NCBI RefSeq assembly: GCF_000002075.1
Contig: NW_004797816.1
Span: 239,647-303,646 of the forward strand
Origin: Aplysia californica
Taxonomy: Eukaryota
Reading direction: 5' to 3'
Length of the DNA: 64,000 nucleotides
Within the stretch, counting starts at the first letter, position 1, and each line of letters opens with the position of its first letter. The position numbers and the translations under genes were made by a program. The notes under the pieces are model-generated. The model worked only from the letters and a program-made list of their open reading frames with translations, was not told the origin of the DNA and made no database searches. Below, one piece after another: positions 38,901-53,900 of this stretch.

Positions 38901-41900
38901 AAATCGTACTGGTTGGCATCTCTGCGTTATGTGCCAAATAGGTTACTTGGCGGGAATGCAGACTTAATGAAGAACTAATGCGTTGACCGTAAGTGTGCCC
39001 CCCCCCCCACCTAATTTAAGTTCGTAGGCTTCGCCGGGTACCCAGGAAGCATGTCGATACAGCAGAATGGGCCGAAAAAAGTCTATATAAGAGGAATTGT
39101 TTAGTGAAGATATTGAGGCAAAAATTTCGTAATCGGAAAATATGTCGACATGTCAAAATGTCGATACATCGGCTGTCGATGTAAGTGGATTATACTGTAT
39201 GCACAGATTTGTACCAGAAAAAGAGAGATAGGGGTAGGGTTTAGAGGAAGATGAGGATACTTGCACTAATAATAGTTCCTCCATCGGGAACTGATGATGA
39301 CCTTTAACGTCCAAGGAGGAAGGGACATTTTAGACCTAACATGGTAAGGAGAGTAAAGTAAATAATAATAAGCAGCTTGTAATGATTGAAAATGCCACAG
39401 CTCACCCACCACACATAGCAACGCCTTACCCTTCACTTCTTAAGACTGCAAAACGACCACATACATAACCACCTACATGTAGATTTGAGCTAACTTGCAC
39501 ACATATGTTCTAGTTAGCAACAAAGTGACAATGATGGTTCTGGGTTTAGTCTTGAAATGGATATAATACAGCAATAAACATCCACTGACCTTTCATCATC
39601 TTTGCCTCGTCTTCAGCAATCTCATTAATGTCAAACTCCTTGGCAAAACCGGACACAATCTTTGCCTCTATATGAACTGATGAGTCTTTTGCATCTGTTT
39701 TTTCTGGGGGTGCTGTATAATATGTAATCTTTCCACTGAAAAAAAAAAAAAGCCAAATACATCAGGAAAGTGGGAAAAAATAACAGACATTTAGGATTAT
39801 CACGAATAATGAGCTCTTCTCTGAATGAAAACAGCTTACAAATTTCATTACATATACATTGCGAAATTTGCACATAATAACGAAAAGATTTCTGCATCCC
39901 ACAGATTTCGCTGTGTAGATACTAGACTGTATATGGATCCTGACAGTATCTGACTTTTTGACATAGATCTAGTTCACTGACTACCTAGTGAGCACGCCTG
40001 GTTCTCTCAGTATAAATTTTTCAAAGTACAGACTGGAATTTAAAATTTAAAAAAGCAGTCAGTCAATGTTGTTGGGCTTATCCCGCTTCTCTGTTTGCTC
40101 AAGGATGGTCCAGTGATCAGTTCTAGTTCTGTTTTTTTCTTCTTTCTTACCCTAAAACTCAACAACTACGTCCGGGTCCGATTCCTCATACTGACAAGGC
40201 CTAGTTCAGGAGCCACAAATATCTTTTTGATTTCTGTGACCTACTTATGAAAAAAACCAGGAGAGATTGCGGATGTGCACAAACCATCATGAAAAAAACC
40301 TGGAAGAAATCCTACCGAACTCCACAAGAGGCACCAAGGCACCATTCATTAACTCACTGAGCACCACGCCCTGATTTGCATCCAAGCCCCAAAGGACCAC
40401 CCAGTTGGTTAAACAGGATATCAACAAGCTAGTTCTGTGTGGTTTGTGTATATTCACCTTTTTTAGTGCGAATAAACGAGATATTTGTCCAACGGACTGA
40501 ACAACTAAAAGTAAGGAACTTTCGCAGAGTTTCTCGAAAGCAAAGCATGGCACGGCGAGGTGTCCCTAAGTTTATTAACTCTTGATAATTTTGGTTCAAA
40601 TTTAAGTGACAGTAAAATATCAGATAGATAACTTCATAAATCAAAATGCATTTTTAAACTGCTGGGTTTACTTTATAGTCAATTACAATTGAACCAGCAT
40701 ATGCTGCGGTCACGGTTTACGGCGCGTATTTTACCAAACCGCATATGGTGCGGGAGCGGGGCTAGGTGAGTTAACATCTCACTTTGCATGTCTTACGCCC
40801 TCTATGCCCCCCACACTAACCTGTTCCAGTCCTGAAGTAATACTCGTGCGGCACGAGTCACATCAGGAACTCCACCCTTCTTCAGCTTGCCCATCCTGCG
40901 GGCCAGCAAAGTGAGAAACTCGACTGTGTCCTTGTAGTCTGGAACATTGTAGTGGAGCATCATCTGAAAAGAAAACAGAAATCGACCATGAAATCAAGGC
41001 ACAAGGTGACCCTACCCAGAACAGGGGTCTTCTACTTTGTTCCCATCCTCACCTAGGATAATTCATACAATGACCTCCCCACCTACTGACTGCCTGAATG
41101 AAAGAAATAGGGCTATAGGGATACCTAACACACACACAAAATTTCGTCCTCTTACAAAGCAAAAGATTTCCGTACGTTTATTTCTTCTGTATCCACGCAC
41201 ATGTGTGTGAGAGTACGAGGTGCCTCAGAAAAGTTCCAGGACTGACATCATAAAACATTTATTTCAAACCCAAACTCCACACAGAGTTTTCCCTCTTCAA
41301 AGTAATCCCCTGGAATCCATGCACTTTCCCATCCTTCTCTGCCACTAATGCATGCACTCCTGAAAAGACGCCACAGCCTTTTTTATGTTGTCCGAAATCT
41401 TCAATGGGTGCCCTTGATGACCGCTATGAGTCCAAAGTTAGTGTCATGTAGATCACATTCTTTGATGTGAGGTAGTGTTGGGCAGTACTGGCGAAACCCA
41501 GGGTCAACACTTTCTCGGTACTGGGTGTCGAGAACCGCCAGTACCGGCACCGGTAGTGACACCAGTAGGTGACGTAACAGACTTCGCGTCTCGAGTCTCA
41601 CACCACGATCAGCGCCGCCCGCATACCCCCCCCCCCCCCCCCCAACGTACACACGTCAGAATTGGAGAGGTGAACTGTGACGCAAAATACCTTTGAAGTT
41701 TGCCGCCACGCGGAATAAGACTCTGCATGCAGAATTTTTAAAATAATTATCGCCACTAAAAATTGATTTCATTTTCCGAATCAGCGTATAAAAATACACA
41801 AAGTGGCTGGCGTGGGACCTGATTTGATGCCATAATATTAAATTTTTTAGCAAACTTCGTTTTTGATTGTCAATTTTGAATCTGAAGTCATGTATCCAGG

Positions 41901-44900
41901 TCACCAGCTGCGTTGTGTGCATCTGATGTCACAGCTGCTAGGCCAAGGCCTAGGCACACAGCACACTTCCCGTGGCCCGGTTAAAAAACCGTTGATGTCG
42001 GCCTATACGTTCTTACTCTCTGCTGAACGTCTAGGTGTCGGCTCCTTCCTAGAGCCGGTACTGGAGGCCAGGTGCCGGTACTGACACCTCCTTCGGTAGA
42101 ACCGGGAGTTCCGATACTCGGTACCGGTACCTGCCCATTCCTAATGTGAGGAAGGATTGTCCACTTTTGAGTTCTTGCCACAAGGCCAGACGATCACCCA
42201 ACATGTGCACAAAGAGATATTGCAGTGTTTGCTTCGTTCAGTGCATGAGAAGAGGCGAGAGTTGTTATGGCAGGATGACACGTAGCTGCTTCACATGACA
42301 ACGTGCCTGCTCACAATGTTCTGAGAAGAACGTTGCTGTGCTGGAGCAACCTCCCTACTCCCCGACCTGGCTCAGTGTGACATTTTTCTTCTTCCCCAAG
42401 CTCAAGGGGGTCATCAATGAGACCAGTTTATAAAAGATGTGAACGACATTTAAAAAAGCTGTGGTGATGGAACTGCACAGGTTCCCAGAAGAATCCTTCC
42501 ATGAGTGCGTACCGGTATTAGATGGGCAGAGAAGGTGGGAAAGTGCATTACATTCCAGGGGGAAAACTAGTGTGACGTGTGGGTTTTAAATAAATCTTTT
42601 GTGACATCAATCCTGGAACTTTTTAGTCACACCAAGTATGCTCTTGTGCATGCATGAGCGATCACAAGCAATGTAAAAAGTTGGACTGTGAGAATACAAC
42701 GCAGAGAAGTTCCTTACCTGAAATTTCTGACAACGTTTCAAAATGGCTTCCACACAAGGGACTGGATCCTGTACAGCTTCCAGCTGTAAATAAAAGCAAA
42801 TACAACCTCTTATAAACATCAAAATAACTGCGCTGTGCACCTTAATTACAAATAACATTTTATAAAGGAAAAGCACGTCCTCAAGGAAAAATAATGCGTG
42901 TACTAATTTAGCAATAAGGTATTTTAAAAATAAGTATGAGACACACCAAATCTCAAGGAAAAGCTCAGAGAAACCATTCCATGTGAGCTCACAAGAAATA
43001 AGAACGAGAACATAAATGTACAACAAAAACTTGTCACTGGGGAAGGGGGGGGGGTTTATTTGCATTTTTTTTTAAAAAGGTAAATGAGTGAAATAAGATC
43101 TGGCTGTGGAACCTAATTTGACAGTCTTTTCTCCTCTAAGTGAAAATTTCTTGACCATTTTGTGAGGACCATCAGAGTGACTTTTCGAATAAAGTTAGAA
43201 TTGTAATTTAAAGTTTTGCTTTGAAAAAAATCCTTACATCAAGTGAGTTTAGGTGACACACTAAAGACGTGTACAGACCTTGACAACATTCCGCAACACT
43301 GCAGCAACGTCTGAGGTGGATGTGGAGAGGACAACACCCGGACTGTCCAGCAGTTTGATGTGCTTATCCAGTTGAACACCCTGCATAGCTCTGCACCGGG
43401 GAAATCAAAATACCAGGTTGATAAAAGTTTTGTTACAACAAATGCTCTTTTCAGCACTTCAAAATCAAATCAAAAGTCACATAATCTTTTAAGAAAAACT
43501 CTTAAAGCAGCACTCATAACCTACCACAGATTCTGCCATTATTTTACAAAGAAAGTAGTATAAGGGTACAGACAAATATTTATCTTATTGCTTAATAGGA
43601 GAATTTCTTAAATTCATTGATAAAGTAAATGGCAGATCATTGTACAGAACAATGAAGGACAAACCTTGTAATTCCAGGTACTGCCCCGACATCACAGACC
43701 CGCGACCGCTTCAAACTGTTGATAATGCTGCTCTTTCCGGTGTTAGGGAAACCTGAAAAAAGTAAGAGAATTGACACACTGATAATTAGAGCAATAATAC
43801 AAAGCACCCTCTTCCAAGCAATGTTTGAGAAAACAATTTCTTCTTTTAAATTTTCTTACTAGTTTCCCTGCCCTTTTCCCTTATCAAAGCCATCAGAAAA
43901 AAAAACTAAATACATCTGTTAAATCTTACTTGCTGTGAGTAGAAGTGATTTTTAATTTTAGTTTAACTAGGAAATGAGGAAAACTAACTTTGGCAAGTAG
44001 CACCATTTATCAAGAAACCCATTACATGATGACAAAATACAATACAAAAACATAATCTCAATCTGTAAAAGTGGTTCTGTTTATTTAGTGCTCTTACATT
44101 TCAACACAGAAAATTCATGGAAATTCTCAGCTTAACCAAGAACCATGTGCCCTATGAAACAAATTAACTAAATAATAAAACAAACAAAGAATGACAAACA
44201 TCTGCATAGCTTACCCACAACTCCAACATTTATTGACATTTCTGTCTCCCTGCAGTAATTCCTCAAGAGTTTCATGAGAACATCAGCTCCAAGACAGTGA
44301 CTGGACTTGAGCAGCTCAGCTCTAGCAACAAAGTAATCCACTTTTGACTGGGTCTGGAACAGAGAAAGCATGTCAAATCTGTATTAACATTATAAAACAT
44401 AACATTTGAAAGGAGAAACATTAAAATATCACCAAAGTCGTCTTCACAATACAACCAAAACCTGGACTAGCAGTCATGTATACTAATGGACACTGTTACA
44501 TGACATTTCTACTTAATCGAAATGCCAATCAAAGTAACTTTTTAATGTCTTGCAACTGAAATAACCTTTAAAAAATGCTAACCAAACATCAGACTTTCCA
44601 GCAGCTGATGTCATTTTTCGAGGATTTTAGGGCCCAGGGGGTTAAAGGCAGACCGTCCCCCTTATGTTTGAGAATTTTTGGTTTCAGGGCATCCTAAGTA
44701 TGCCATCTCTGGCTATTCAAGCCTAAATTTAACAAGAAAATAAGTGAGAAAAAAAACATACCTTGCATACATAATTTTCGCTCGTGTTAATCCATATAAA
44801 TCAAAAGCCATGCTTTCTCCCTTGTACCGATACTGTACATCCACAACAGCAGTGTAACAGCTAGATCTATAAAACTTGACAGTTAATGTTCAACTTTTTT

Positions 44901-47900
44901 CTGCTTGTGTTGGTGTAGAATCCTTATAATAATAGTATAACAGCTTGATTTCTAGATCTAGATATCTACATCCACATCTAAATAACTTGACAGCTTATAT
45001 TCAACTTAAATCCACAACAATATTTACAAATACACAAGTCTGATAAAAAAAATCAAGCTCTCTTGACAGGCCCAAGATCTATTGAACCACAATCGTCATT
45101 TCTTCCTCCAAGATCTATTGAACCACAATCGTCATTTCTTCCTCCAAGATCTATTGAACCACAATCGTCATTTCTTCCTCCAAGATCTATTGAACCACAA
45201 TCGTCATTTCTTCCTCCAAGATCTATTGAACCACAATCGTCATTTCTTCCTCCAAGATCTATTGAACCACAATCGTCATTTCTTCCTCCAAGATCTATTG
45301 AACCACAATCGTCATTTCTTCCTCCAAGATCTATTGAACCACAATCGTCATTTCTTCCTCCAAGATCTATTGAACCACAATCGTCATTTCTTCCTCTTGT
45401 TTACAAAAGCTGGTGCTCTTCTTCTTGTGCTTCAGAAAGTGAAAGTAAAAGACACTGTCTAGACCTTCAAATAAAACAGCACTTCCGGTATGGGTAGTCT
45501 ATTGTTGACTATTAGCAATAACGAAAACATTTTATTTCGCATTTTTAAAATAATTTTTTTGGGGGGGGCACAAATTTTCACGGAAATTTTTCCATTTGCG
45601 GAATTCTGCTAATTTGCAGAAATCCACAAAATTGCGGAAGACTGGAAGCACTGAAACATGACGATTTAAACTTTTCCATAAAGCAGACTGATACGGCGAA
45701 AACAGTTTCAGGCTATCTTGTAACAAACCCAATCATTATCAATTAAAGTTTATCACATACCCCTTTCCCCTCCCTCCAACACCAAAGGTTCTGTAACAGT
45801 CGTTCGTTCCCCAACTGATTGCAATTCAAACAAAAGCCACACAAATATTCCTGGAGCTTCTGAGATGTTTCCAGGCAACCTTTTTCTAAAGCCATAAAGC
45901 AACCCCCCCCCCCCATATAAATCTTCAAGGCTGCCCTGTTATAGCAGCAGCATAGAGCAGACATTTTAAATTTCGCGTTCAGTGCTGGACCCAGATACAA
46001 TTGGGAAACACTGCCCCTTACAGAAGTATCTACCGTACAGGGTAATTACCAGGTGATTCCGCTGCTCTTGTGTAGAAGCCTTGAAGGCTACAGTCGGTAA
46101 TTCCAGCCTGAGGTGCTTCAACCAAGCCTCAACATTCTCTTTCGGAACAAGATCTGGGAGAATAGAAAATCAAAATAAATAATCAAGACTTTCACTGGGA
46201 AATACTACCATTGAAGCATCAAATTAAGTTTTACAGTTACATAAGAAATATTACATTGGTATTTTGTACATCACTGCTGTCTATCAAATGAAACAGAGAT
46301 ATGGTTTTGTAAGTAAGAGAGCAACATGAACAACAATGTAATTGTACAAGCCGTTATTACTGTAATCAAGCAGTGCAGACCCGATATCTTAAGCATAGCT
46401 GCCACTCAGGAATTTCAAAAAAGGAGGAAATTCATGCGAAGGCGGACGCGCGCTCTCCGAAGGCCGGAGTAAAACCAGTGAGATCCAGAGGCAATATGTA
46501 GTAATATATACTGGAAAATCTAGCCTATGGTTTTGGAAGGGAAAACTGTCATATTTGTTAACCATAGGCAACTGAATTAAAATGTATTTGAAAGAAAAAA
46601 AAACAACAACAAAAAACAAAACAAAGGCACTAAGTAGACTAACAAGCATTTGTTGAGTCAATTTGACACAGTTTGGACTTGGTGACTTAACTTACTAATC
46701 CTTCTGTAGTGTGTAGATTTAACCTGAATTAAAATTATAGCCTAGGCTATCTAATCTAGTCTAATCTAGATCTAGAATCTAGATATCTAAATTATATGTG
46801 TAAATCTAGATTATATCTAGAGATAGATCTAGAATCTAGATCTAGAGTCTAAATTCACTTCAACAGTCACATTAGCCGTCATGTAAACAAACGGGACCGC
46901 AATTGTGCAGGAGTGCTGCGGGCCGCGATTTCTTTATCGCACCAAACGCAAAGTGCAGCAAGCGGAGCTCCTTTTATTTTTGCATTCTGCATCAATTTCT
47001 CTCGAATTTCCGCCGTTTTCAATGATAATTCGGCGTGGTAACGTCCCGATGTCCGATCGACACTGTGTTGCTCCACAATAAAAAAAAAGTGAAACTAGCG
47101 CTACGCTTAGAAGAATGGAAGTAGAAAGCTACAGGCGGACATGCACAAGCTGCGTTTTCGTCTCTCTCCCGGTTCGGTGTTTTCCGCGTGTAAAAAAGTA
47201 TCGCAATTTGCGACCGAGCGCGTCCAGTGGAGGAAGGAGGAAAGTAGCGGGAAAAGCTAGATGAAGCGGAGTTTTTAGCGGAAAAGTGGCAGCTATGCTT
47301 AAGATGTCATTAGGTGAGAAGGACTACATAGGAACAACTTTACTAAGCCATATTGGAGAAATTGACTGGATTCGCACTCGTTAAGAGACCAGATATTAAT
47401 TGGTTTCTAAAATAATCAAATGAAGCCAAGTAAGATAAGGTAAATAAAGATAAATCTTTGTTATCAAAATACTGGCCCACTGACTTGGGTGTTTCACCCC
47501 CCCCCCACACACATATTCTCTCAGTACAGGATGCTGAATATATAAATGGTATATCAAACCGTGAAATTCTTACTTGGGTGAACAGAGGTAAAACAAAGCT
47601 GTGCAGTTCACCATTTTCTCCACGGTAACATCCTCAGGATTAACATAGCCGGGAGTTGAACCTACTTGGTCATAACTTTGAGTCCCCTAACTTAACCACA
47701 AAGACACCAATACCACTTACAACCAGCATTGAAATATACATAAACTCAAAACCAAAAGAAAAATAAATTATTTTTTAAAATTTTGAAATATCACAGGTTT
47801 CCGGAAATACGGCTATAATTTTTCTTCTTACCTATTTTGTTTAGTACAAGTATCAACTTCTTTGCACCGTTTGCTGACCTGACAGCATCTTCCAGCTCCA

Positions 47901-50900
47901 CACAGCGGCTGCCCAAGGGGTCTCTGGCATCCAATACCTCTAAGACAACATCTGCCGTTTCCACAACCTGTCATCACAAGAATATACTTATTATAATCCC
48001 AAGTCAAATTGTCTTGCTAAAAATTAAAATCACACTTCACTTATGGAGAATGAAGAGGTAAATCACCACATATTTACCCTCATTAGAAAATACAGTATTT
48101 CTCACTACTTTAAAAAACTGACATGTTGGACAGTGATCAGTTATCTCAATTTTTGGGAACTTTTGTCTAATACTTTTATTTCAGTAACACTTTTTGTCTG
48201 GACGACCATACTAACAAAAAATGATAAATGACCTGTCTAACTTTGGAAAGTAAAATAATAACAAAACACAGTAAATGTGCACACAGTGTGGAGCCACTGC
48301 ATGGTGGGAAAAGAACAGTTCTTTCTCCAATTCGCCAAATTTGAGACCACATGGAAAGTCCAGAAAAGAAACACTGACAACAAAAATAAACTTCTAATAA
48401 GTCAAAACTTCAAACAATTTTTATGTATGCACTTCATAGCGAAAAACAATTTCAAGTTGAACGCCTTGTTCATCGAGGGCTGTTTCTCGTTTGTATGTAA
48501 CCAATAGTTTTGTCAGCCAATATTTCAGCACCGTTAACTTCACTATAGCTTATATAGTGCTACCTCTAACCTATCAGTGGGAAATTGTAATAAAACTGAG
48601 TAGAAATAAATGCTCTGAGCAATGAATATACAGTTTGATTATAGATAAAATGGATTCGGTTTCGTAGATTTTTGTTACGACTGTAAACAATTGAGCTGTG
48701 TTGAGCATCAGCTGAACTGGTCAACCATGCACCAAAGAGTTAAATAAATAATAGACAATAGATAGCATTCGTATAGTGCAAATTCCTGCTCAACAGCAAA
48801 TTCTATCATGCACTTTACAATCTATGTATTACCCCACTAGACCTGATAGCATTCTGAAACAATCTCAACTTCTTGAGCAGCATACAGTGAAACCTGCCAT
48901 TTTATAAAACCGTAACACCTCAATTCATTAAAAGTGGGTGTAAAGAACGTGCGCATTATTTTACGCTCACCTTGCTAAATTCCTTGTAGAACGTTTTTCT
49001 TGAGTTTTCTGCAGACTTGCTTACATTGCTGGATGGCAAGTCCTCTGTCAGACTGCTAGTTTCAATCTGTTCAGGGGGGGGGGGGGGGGGGAGGAGAGGA
49101 GAAGACAAAATGTAACATTTACTTGAAAGACTAACACATCCACTTCTCACATATGTCTAAAAAGATCTGAAGCAACAAATTTGTATTACTTGACTAATAC
49201 ATAGAGAATGAAAGGCATTGTAGTCATCAAAACAAACCCTATAAGATGTACCTCTCTTACCCTTTTGTCATAGGCCGCTTGTCTCTTTTGGGCATCTTTC
49301 ATAATGCCAGCTAAATTTCTGTTCTGGTTTTGAAGTCTCTCTCTCGCTTTTTTCTGTGATGCCTTCTTCTTCAGTCGCTCTTGTTCTTTCTGTTCAGATA
49401 TAAAAGTAGGAAAACAAAAATCCATGACATTAATTTTTTTTTAATCTCCCAAAAAGTGTAGGAAGCACAAAGTGAAAGAAGTATTAAAAAAAAAACCCCA
49501 AAAACCCAGCCAGTAGAGAACAAACAAATAAAATAAAAATGAGAACAACTCGAAATGTAAGGAGACAGTTTCTATGAAAGGAAAGGAGAATTGACATAAC
49601 CTCAAAAAAATTTCAACATCCCATCATCACGTAAGGAAAAGAAGTTCAAATGAATTGGAAAGAAAAATCCATTCAAATGAAAGCTATGAATTCATAATAA
49701 TGAGAAGTGACATTTTGCCCCCCCCCCCCCCCCCACCATACTTGTATTACAATTCAAGATCCAAACTCATGATTTCATTTCAAAGAAGCTGCTCTAACCT
49801 TGAAAGACAGATTCCCTCCTTTTTATCAGGAAAAAAAAGGAGAAACCTTTGGAAACAAAGAAAAAACTAATCCATTTTATAAAGCTGAATATTGCTATTA
49901 TAATTATTGATACCACAAAAGAAAGATATAATGAATAAAAAAACAATTCTTAAAACCCTTCACTTATTAAACCCAAACCTTAAAATTAACTCTGCAGGAA
50001 GAATACAATTGTTACCCTTTCTTTGTATGCCTCAGCCTCTTTAATAACCTCCTCTTTGAACGGCAAAATGTTAGGTATACCAGGGTCTTTGCCACGGCCT
50101 GAAAAAAAAGCATGTTCATAGGTAAACTTTTAAAAATTCATTCAACATCTTTCCTGTCCAATAACTAAAATGTTTACTTGACCACTTAAATCTTTATGCT
50201 CAATTTTTATTAGAGACTGGAGAATAAAATGAACAAAGCACTAAGTAGATTTTTAAAAACCAACATACCTGTCTCTCTATGTATGTATTTTTTTCATAAT
50301 TCAAATGTAAGAGAGCCTCTTTTTATGGAAATATTAGGACTTTTTACTTAAAAGATTAACAAGTAGTAAGTATGCTATTTGAAGGTAAATTGGTTAACAC
50401 AACAAAAAGTCAATGATGTTGGTCATGAATACTATTAGAATACCGAACCAGACATGCTATGATATGGGTACTGAAATAAAATCAACGAGACCGTGGTTTA
50501 CCAAAAAAACCCATATCCTTTGTAGAATAAAAGCCCTCCCTGAAAACACTGACAAACAATTGCAATTGATAATTATTAGTGTAATTGATACCAACAACCA
50601 AAAGGTTAAAAGCGATTCACTTTTTAAAAACTGCATTCTTCTATACAGAAAAATAGAACCTATAACAGACATCACCTGATTTGTCAACGCACCATGCTAG
50701 ACCTTACCTTTCTTGGGATTTTTCTTTGCCTCTTTTTTCAGCTTTCTTTTGTGCTCCCGCACCTGAAACAAAAATTTGCGTAAAAATTAAAGATGCTTGC
50801 TACATATCAAAATGTCATTCTCATACACAGTTTCAAAAGTTAAAACAGACATATTCAGTACAGGAATGTCACATTTATTCTATAAAGCCAACACTTTTTT

Positions 50901-53900
50901 TCTCTTTAAAAGCCTATCATATCAATTTCCATGTCATATTCATATCCTCCTATAAACATACACTAATAATTTGTTTTAATGAACTAGAATATTTATTTAT
51001 AGAGTACCAGTATTCTTCTAGGCCTATGAATGGAGAGGATATAAAAAGTACATGTTTTGATTTCAAGCATAAGAATTGTTTCTTGTTAACCTCCCTCCAG
51101 AGGCCATGAGACAACTTGAACTGTTTGTAAGAGGGGATGTGCTTCAATATATTGCACTAAACCGCTTGAAATTACTCTCAGCAAAACACACTTTAGAGCC
51201 TATATTGAATATTCAGCAATTAAGTAATTTTTTAGAACCCAACGTGAAAACAAGAAAAAAAAAATCCCACCTAAAAATAATAACAAGAAATAAAGAGAAG
51301 CCAGGAACAACTTTTTCTACACTAACTATCTAGGCAGAGTAACAATCTGTGTGATTTTCAAATCCTTCATTGATGGCTATTGGAGGATTGAGCGAAACTC
51401 TTAACTCTAAGCTGGCAGACAAAATTTACTACGTTTCTTCTGAGGGCCAACACAAGAATATCATACAAAAGACGTTTCGATTAAACACCTCAACAACAAA
51501 GTAGTGGTAGAGAGACAGAGACAGGGGAGCAAGTGAAGGACAACAAACTCTTGAGTTGCTGAACATAACGTCTGCATACAAAAACATACCTTTCTTTCAA
51601 CTTTGACTCTTTGCTTTGTTGATTGTCGTTTACTCTTTTTTTCTGGAAAATAAAGAGATCTATATATTAACTTTATAACTCTAAAAACACACAGGTGGCT
51701 AAAAAGTAGCCACAGCGTAATAACATGCTTAAGTCAGATCATCATTCCGCCCACTGAGCTTTTTTTATTTTTCCTCTGAAATAAATGATAAAATAAAAAA
51801 ATACAGCTAGCTTGATTTCTTCATTTTATATATTATATTGCCAACAATTTTTGGCAAAAAAACCCCATCCAGTCATTAAATGTAAGACCAGTGTTAATGA
51901 ATGCAATAAACAAAGAGAAGATAACACCCTCCCCCCCCAAAAGTCCAAAGTCTACGGGAAAGACTAGGCATCCATTTCATAAATTTGTACGTACAGGTGT
52001 GTGAGTGTGCGTAAAGTAAAGGAAGGGGGAGAGATATGTTAGAAGCCTGAAGTACAGCTGAAGCTTGTCTAATAACCACCTGTCCACAACACCACTTCCC
52101 ACCCTCACACCCATTCAACACAAACACTTTATCCTCGACAATAAAAGTGGCTGTCTTAGAAAATTGACATCTCCTGACTAAAGCAAACTTTCTTAACCCA
52201 CTATTCCAGAGACTTACCATGACTAAACACTGACTGTTTTAACCAGTTAGAATGAGAATAAACATATATAACCATAGTTTCTGTGGTCTGTAATTCGCTG
52301 TGATTACTAGACAAGCCAGAATCACGTGAAATAAGAGAACAAACTCAGTGTAGCCTAGTGAGTGTAGGAGAATAAGGGAGCACAGGGGGTATATAAACAG
52401 ACACGAAGGTTGAACCGGCCTTCCGAGCCACGACTTAAATCTAGGCTGAGCAGGGATCGACGCTACTGGTGGTTCGACGCAGTGGATGGAGCTCTGGACC
52501 TGTAAGACCCACACACATCATTCCCCGCTCGAAACAGTGAGTATTGAAAACAACGTAGATAGATTAACGAGTATTATCTAGGACTAGGATTATTAGATAG
52601 CCCTTATCCTCACATTACAGTTTCGCAATTAAAGGTAGTTCAATTGTGGCTGTGATTGGCACCTTTGTGTGTAACTTTTACTTGAAATACAAAAGTGACA
52701 GAAACATCCAATTTTCTTCAGCAAAAGTTTGGTCCATTTTCATTAAAAATGAAACTAGAACTGGAATGCTTTTTTGCAGAAGGGCTAAAGTTTCCATTGT
52801 GAAACCATCACAGACTGTCCCTGTGAGGCCTGGTCCTGGTGGTACGACAATTTCTCAGAGGTGGATGGGTATTACAACTATCTTCAGCCAAGACAATAGA
52901 TAAGAGAGAGCTGAAACAGGCACTGCAAACTGATTATTCTCACCCGGGCTAAGGATAAAGTGAGAATAAAAAAATACTATTCTCACCCCGCGTGAGAATA
53001 ATGAAAGCCAACTATTCTCACCCAGTTTTTTCATTTCGGGCATCATAGGACCCCTGTCACTGAGCGCTCAGGCGACAAAACTCGCCTCCCTCTCTCACTC
53101 CGCTGAGCACGCGAGGCGACTAAAATCGCCAACAGACAGGCCAGCTCTCGAGCGCGGGAGGCGACTATTGTCGATTTGGGAGAAATCCTTATCTTTTGAG
53201 AAAATATAGCGTCACCTTTTGTTGCTAAAGTATTTATTTATTTATTGGTAATGGAAAATTTTAATCTTGAATGGTTTATTAACCAATCAAAATTCAAAAA
53301 AAAAAAAGCCTAGATCTAGGGTCAAGGCATTGCGTGCCTTAAAAATAACTGTGGGTTCTGTTAGGGATAACAATTAAACATGTTTTTTGTGTTGTAAACA
53401 AATGCCAATTCTAACATTACAATGACAAACTATTACAAACATTATTTCATTAAACAGCTTTCAGTTAAGGCTATCATTTTTACAAACATACTACCCTGGC
53501 AAGTGAATTCCTTTCTGAATTTATAATATATTTACACCCGTCAAGGATTTTGGTGAAGATATTCGTGCGTACTCTCAACTCAAGATTTTTTTTAATGAAA
53601 CAATAACAATCCCAGCGGGAGCCTAGAAAAACCGGCCAGCGCTCTGGGGCAGGTCACGAACGGTCACTCTCACAATTCACAAATTATTTTCTATCATCCG
53701 TTCTCAACACCCAAGTAGATCCAAAAAAATCCATTGCATGCCCCCCCTGAAACCTCCCATGTTTTTGGTAGGTGTGGTCAGGGGGGCAAGCCCCCCTTAA
53801 ACCCCCTTTGCCTTCAAGCCTTGTTTGTATACAAGTGAAATTTTACTGCTCATTTTGTAGGCATGATCTGCTATCAACAATAAAACATCGATACACCGAA

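Noticed and set aside
40205-40292. C/D snoRNA candidate on - (ATGATGG ... CTGA)
   Set aside because: Imperfect C box and no rRNA-complementary guide I could recognise; an Infernal/snoscan run would settle it
45063-45497. Repeat-protein ORFs or CRISPR-like 36-bp repeat
   Set aside because: Units are contiguous with no spacers and no cas genes; the ORFs are a by-product of a 3n unit in an intron, antisense to the host gene
51070-51170. H/ACA snoRNA in a GNL3L intron (vertebrate GNL3 hosts snoRNAs)
   Set aside because: Two hairpins are present, but there is no ANANNA H box, it is too short, and the ACA lies inside the stem
51894-52220. ATG at 52220 as the GNL3L start codon
   Set aside because: ATG|GT is phase 0 but exon 2 needs phase 1; the 13-nt exon at 54737-54749 fits
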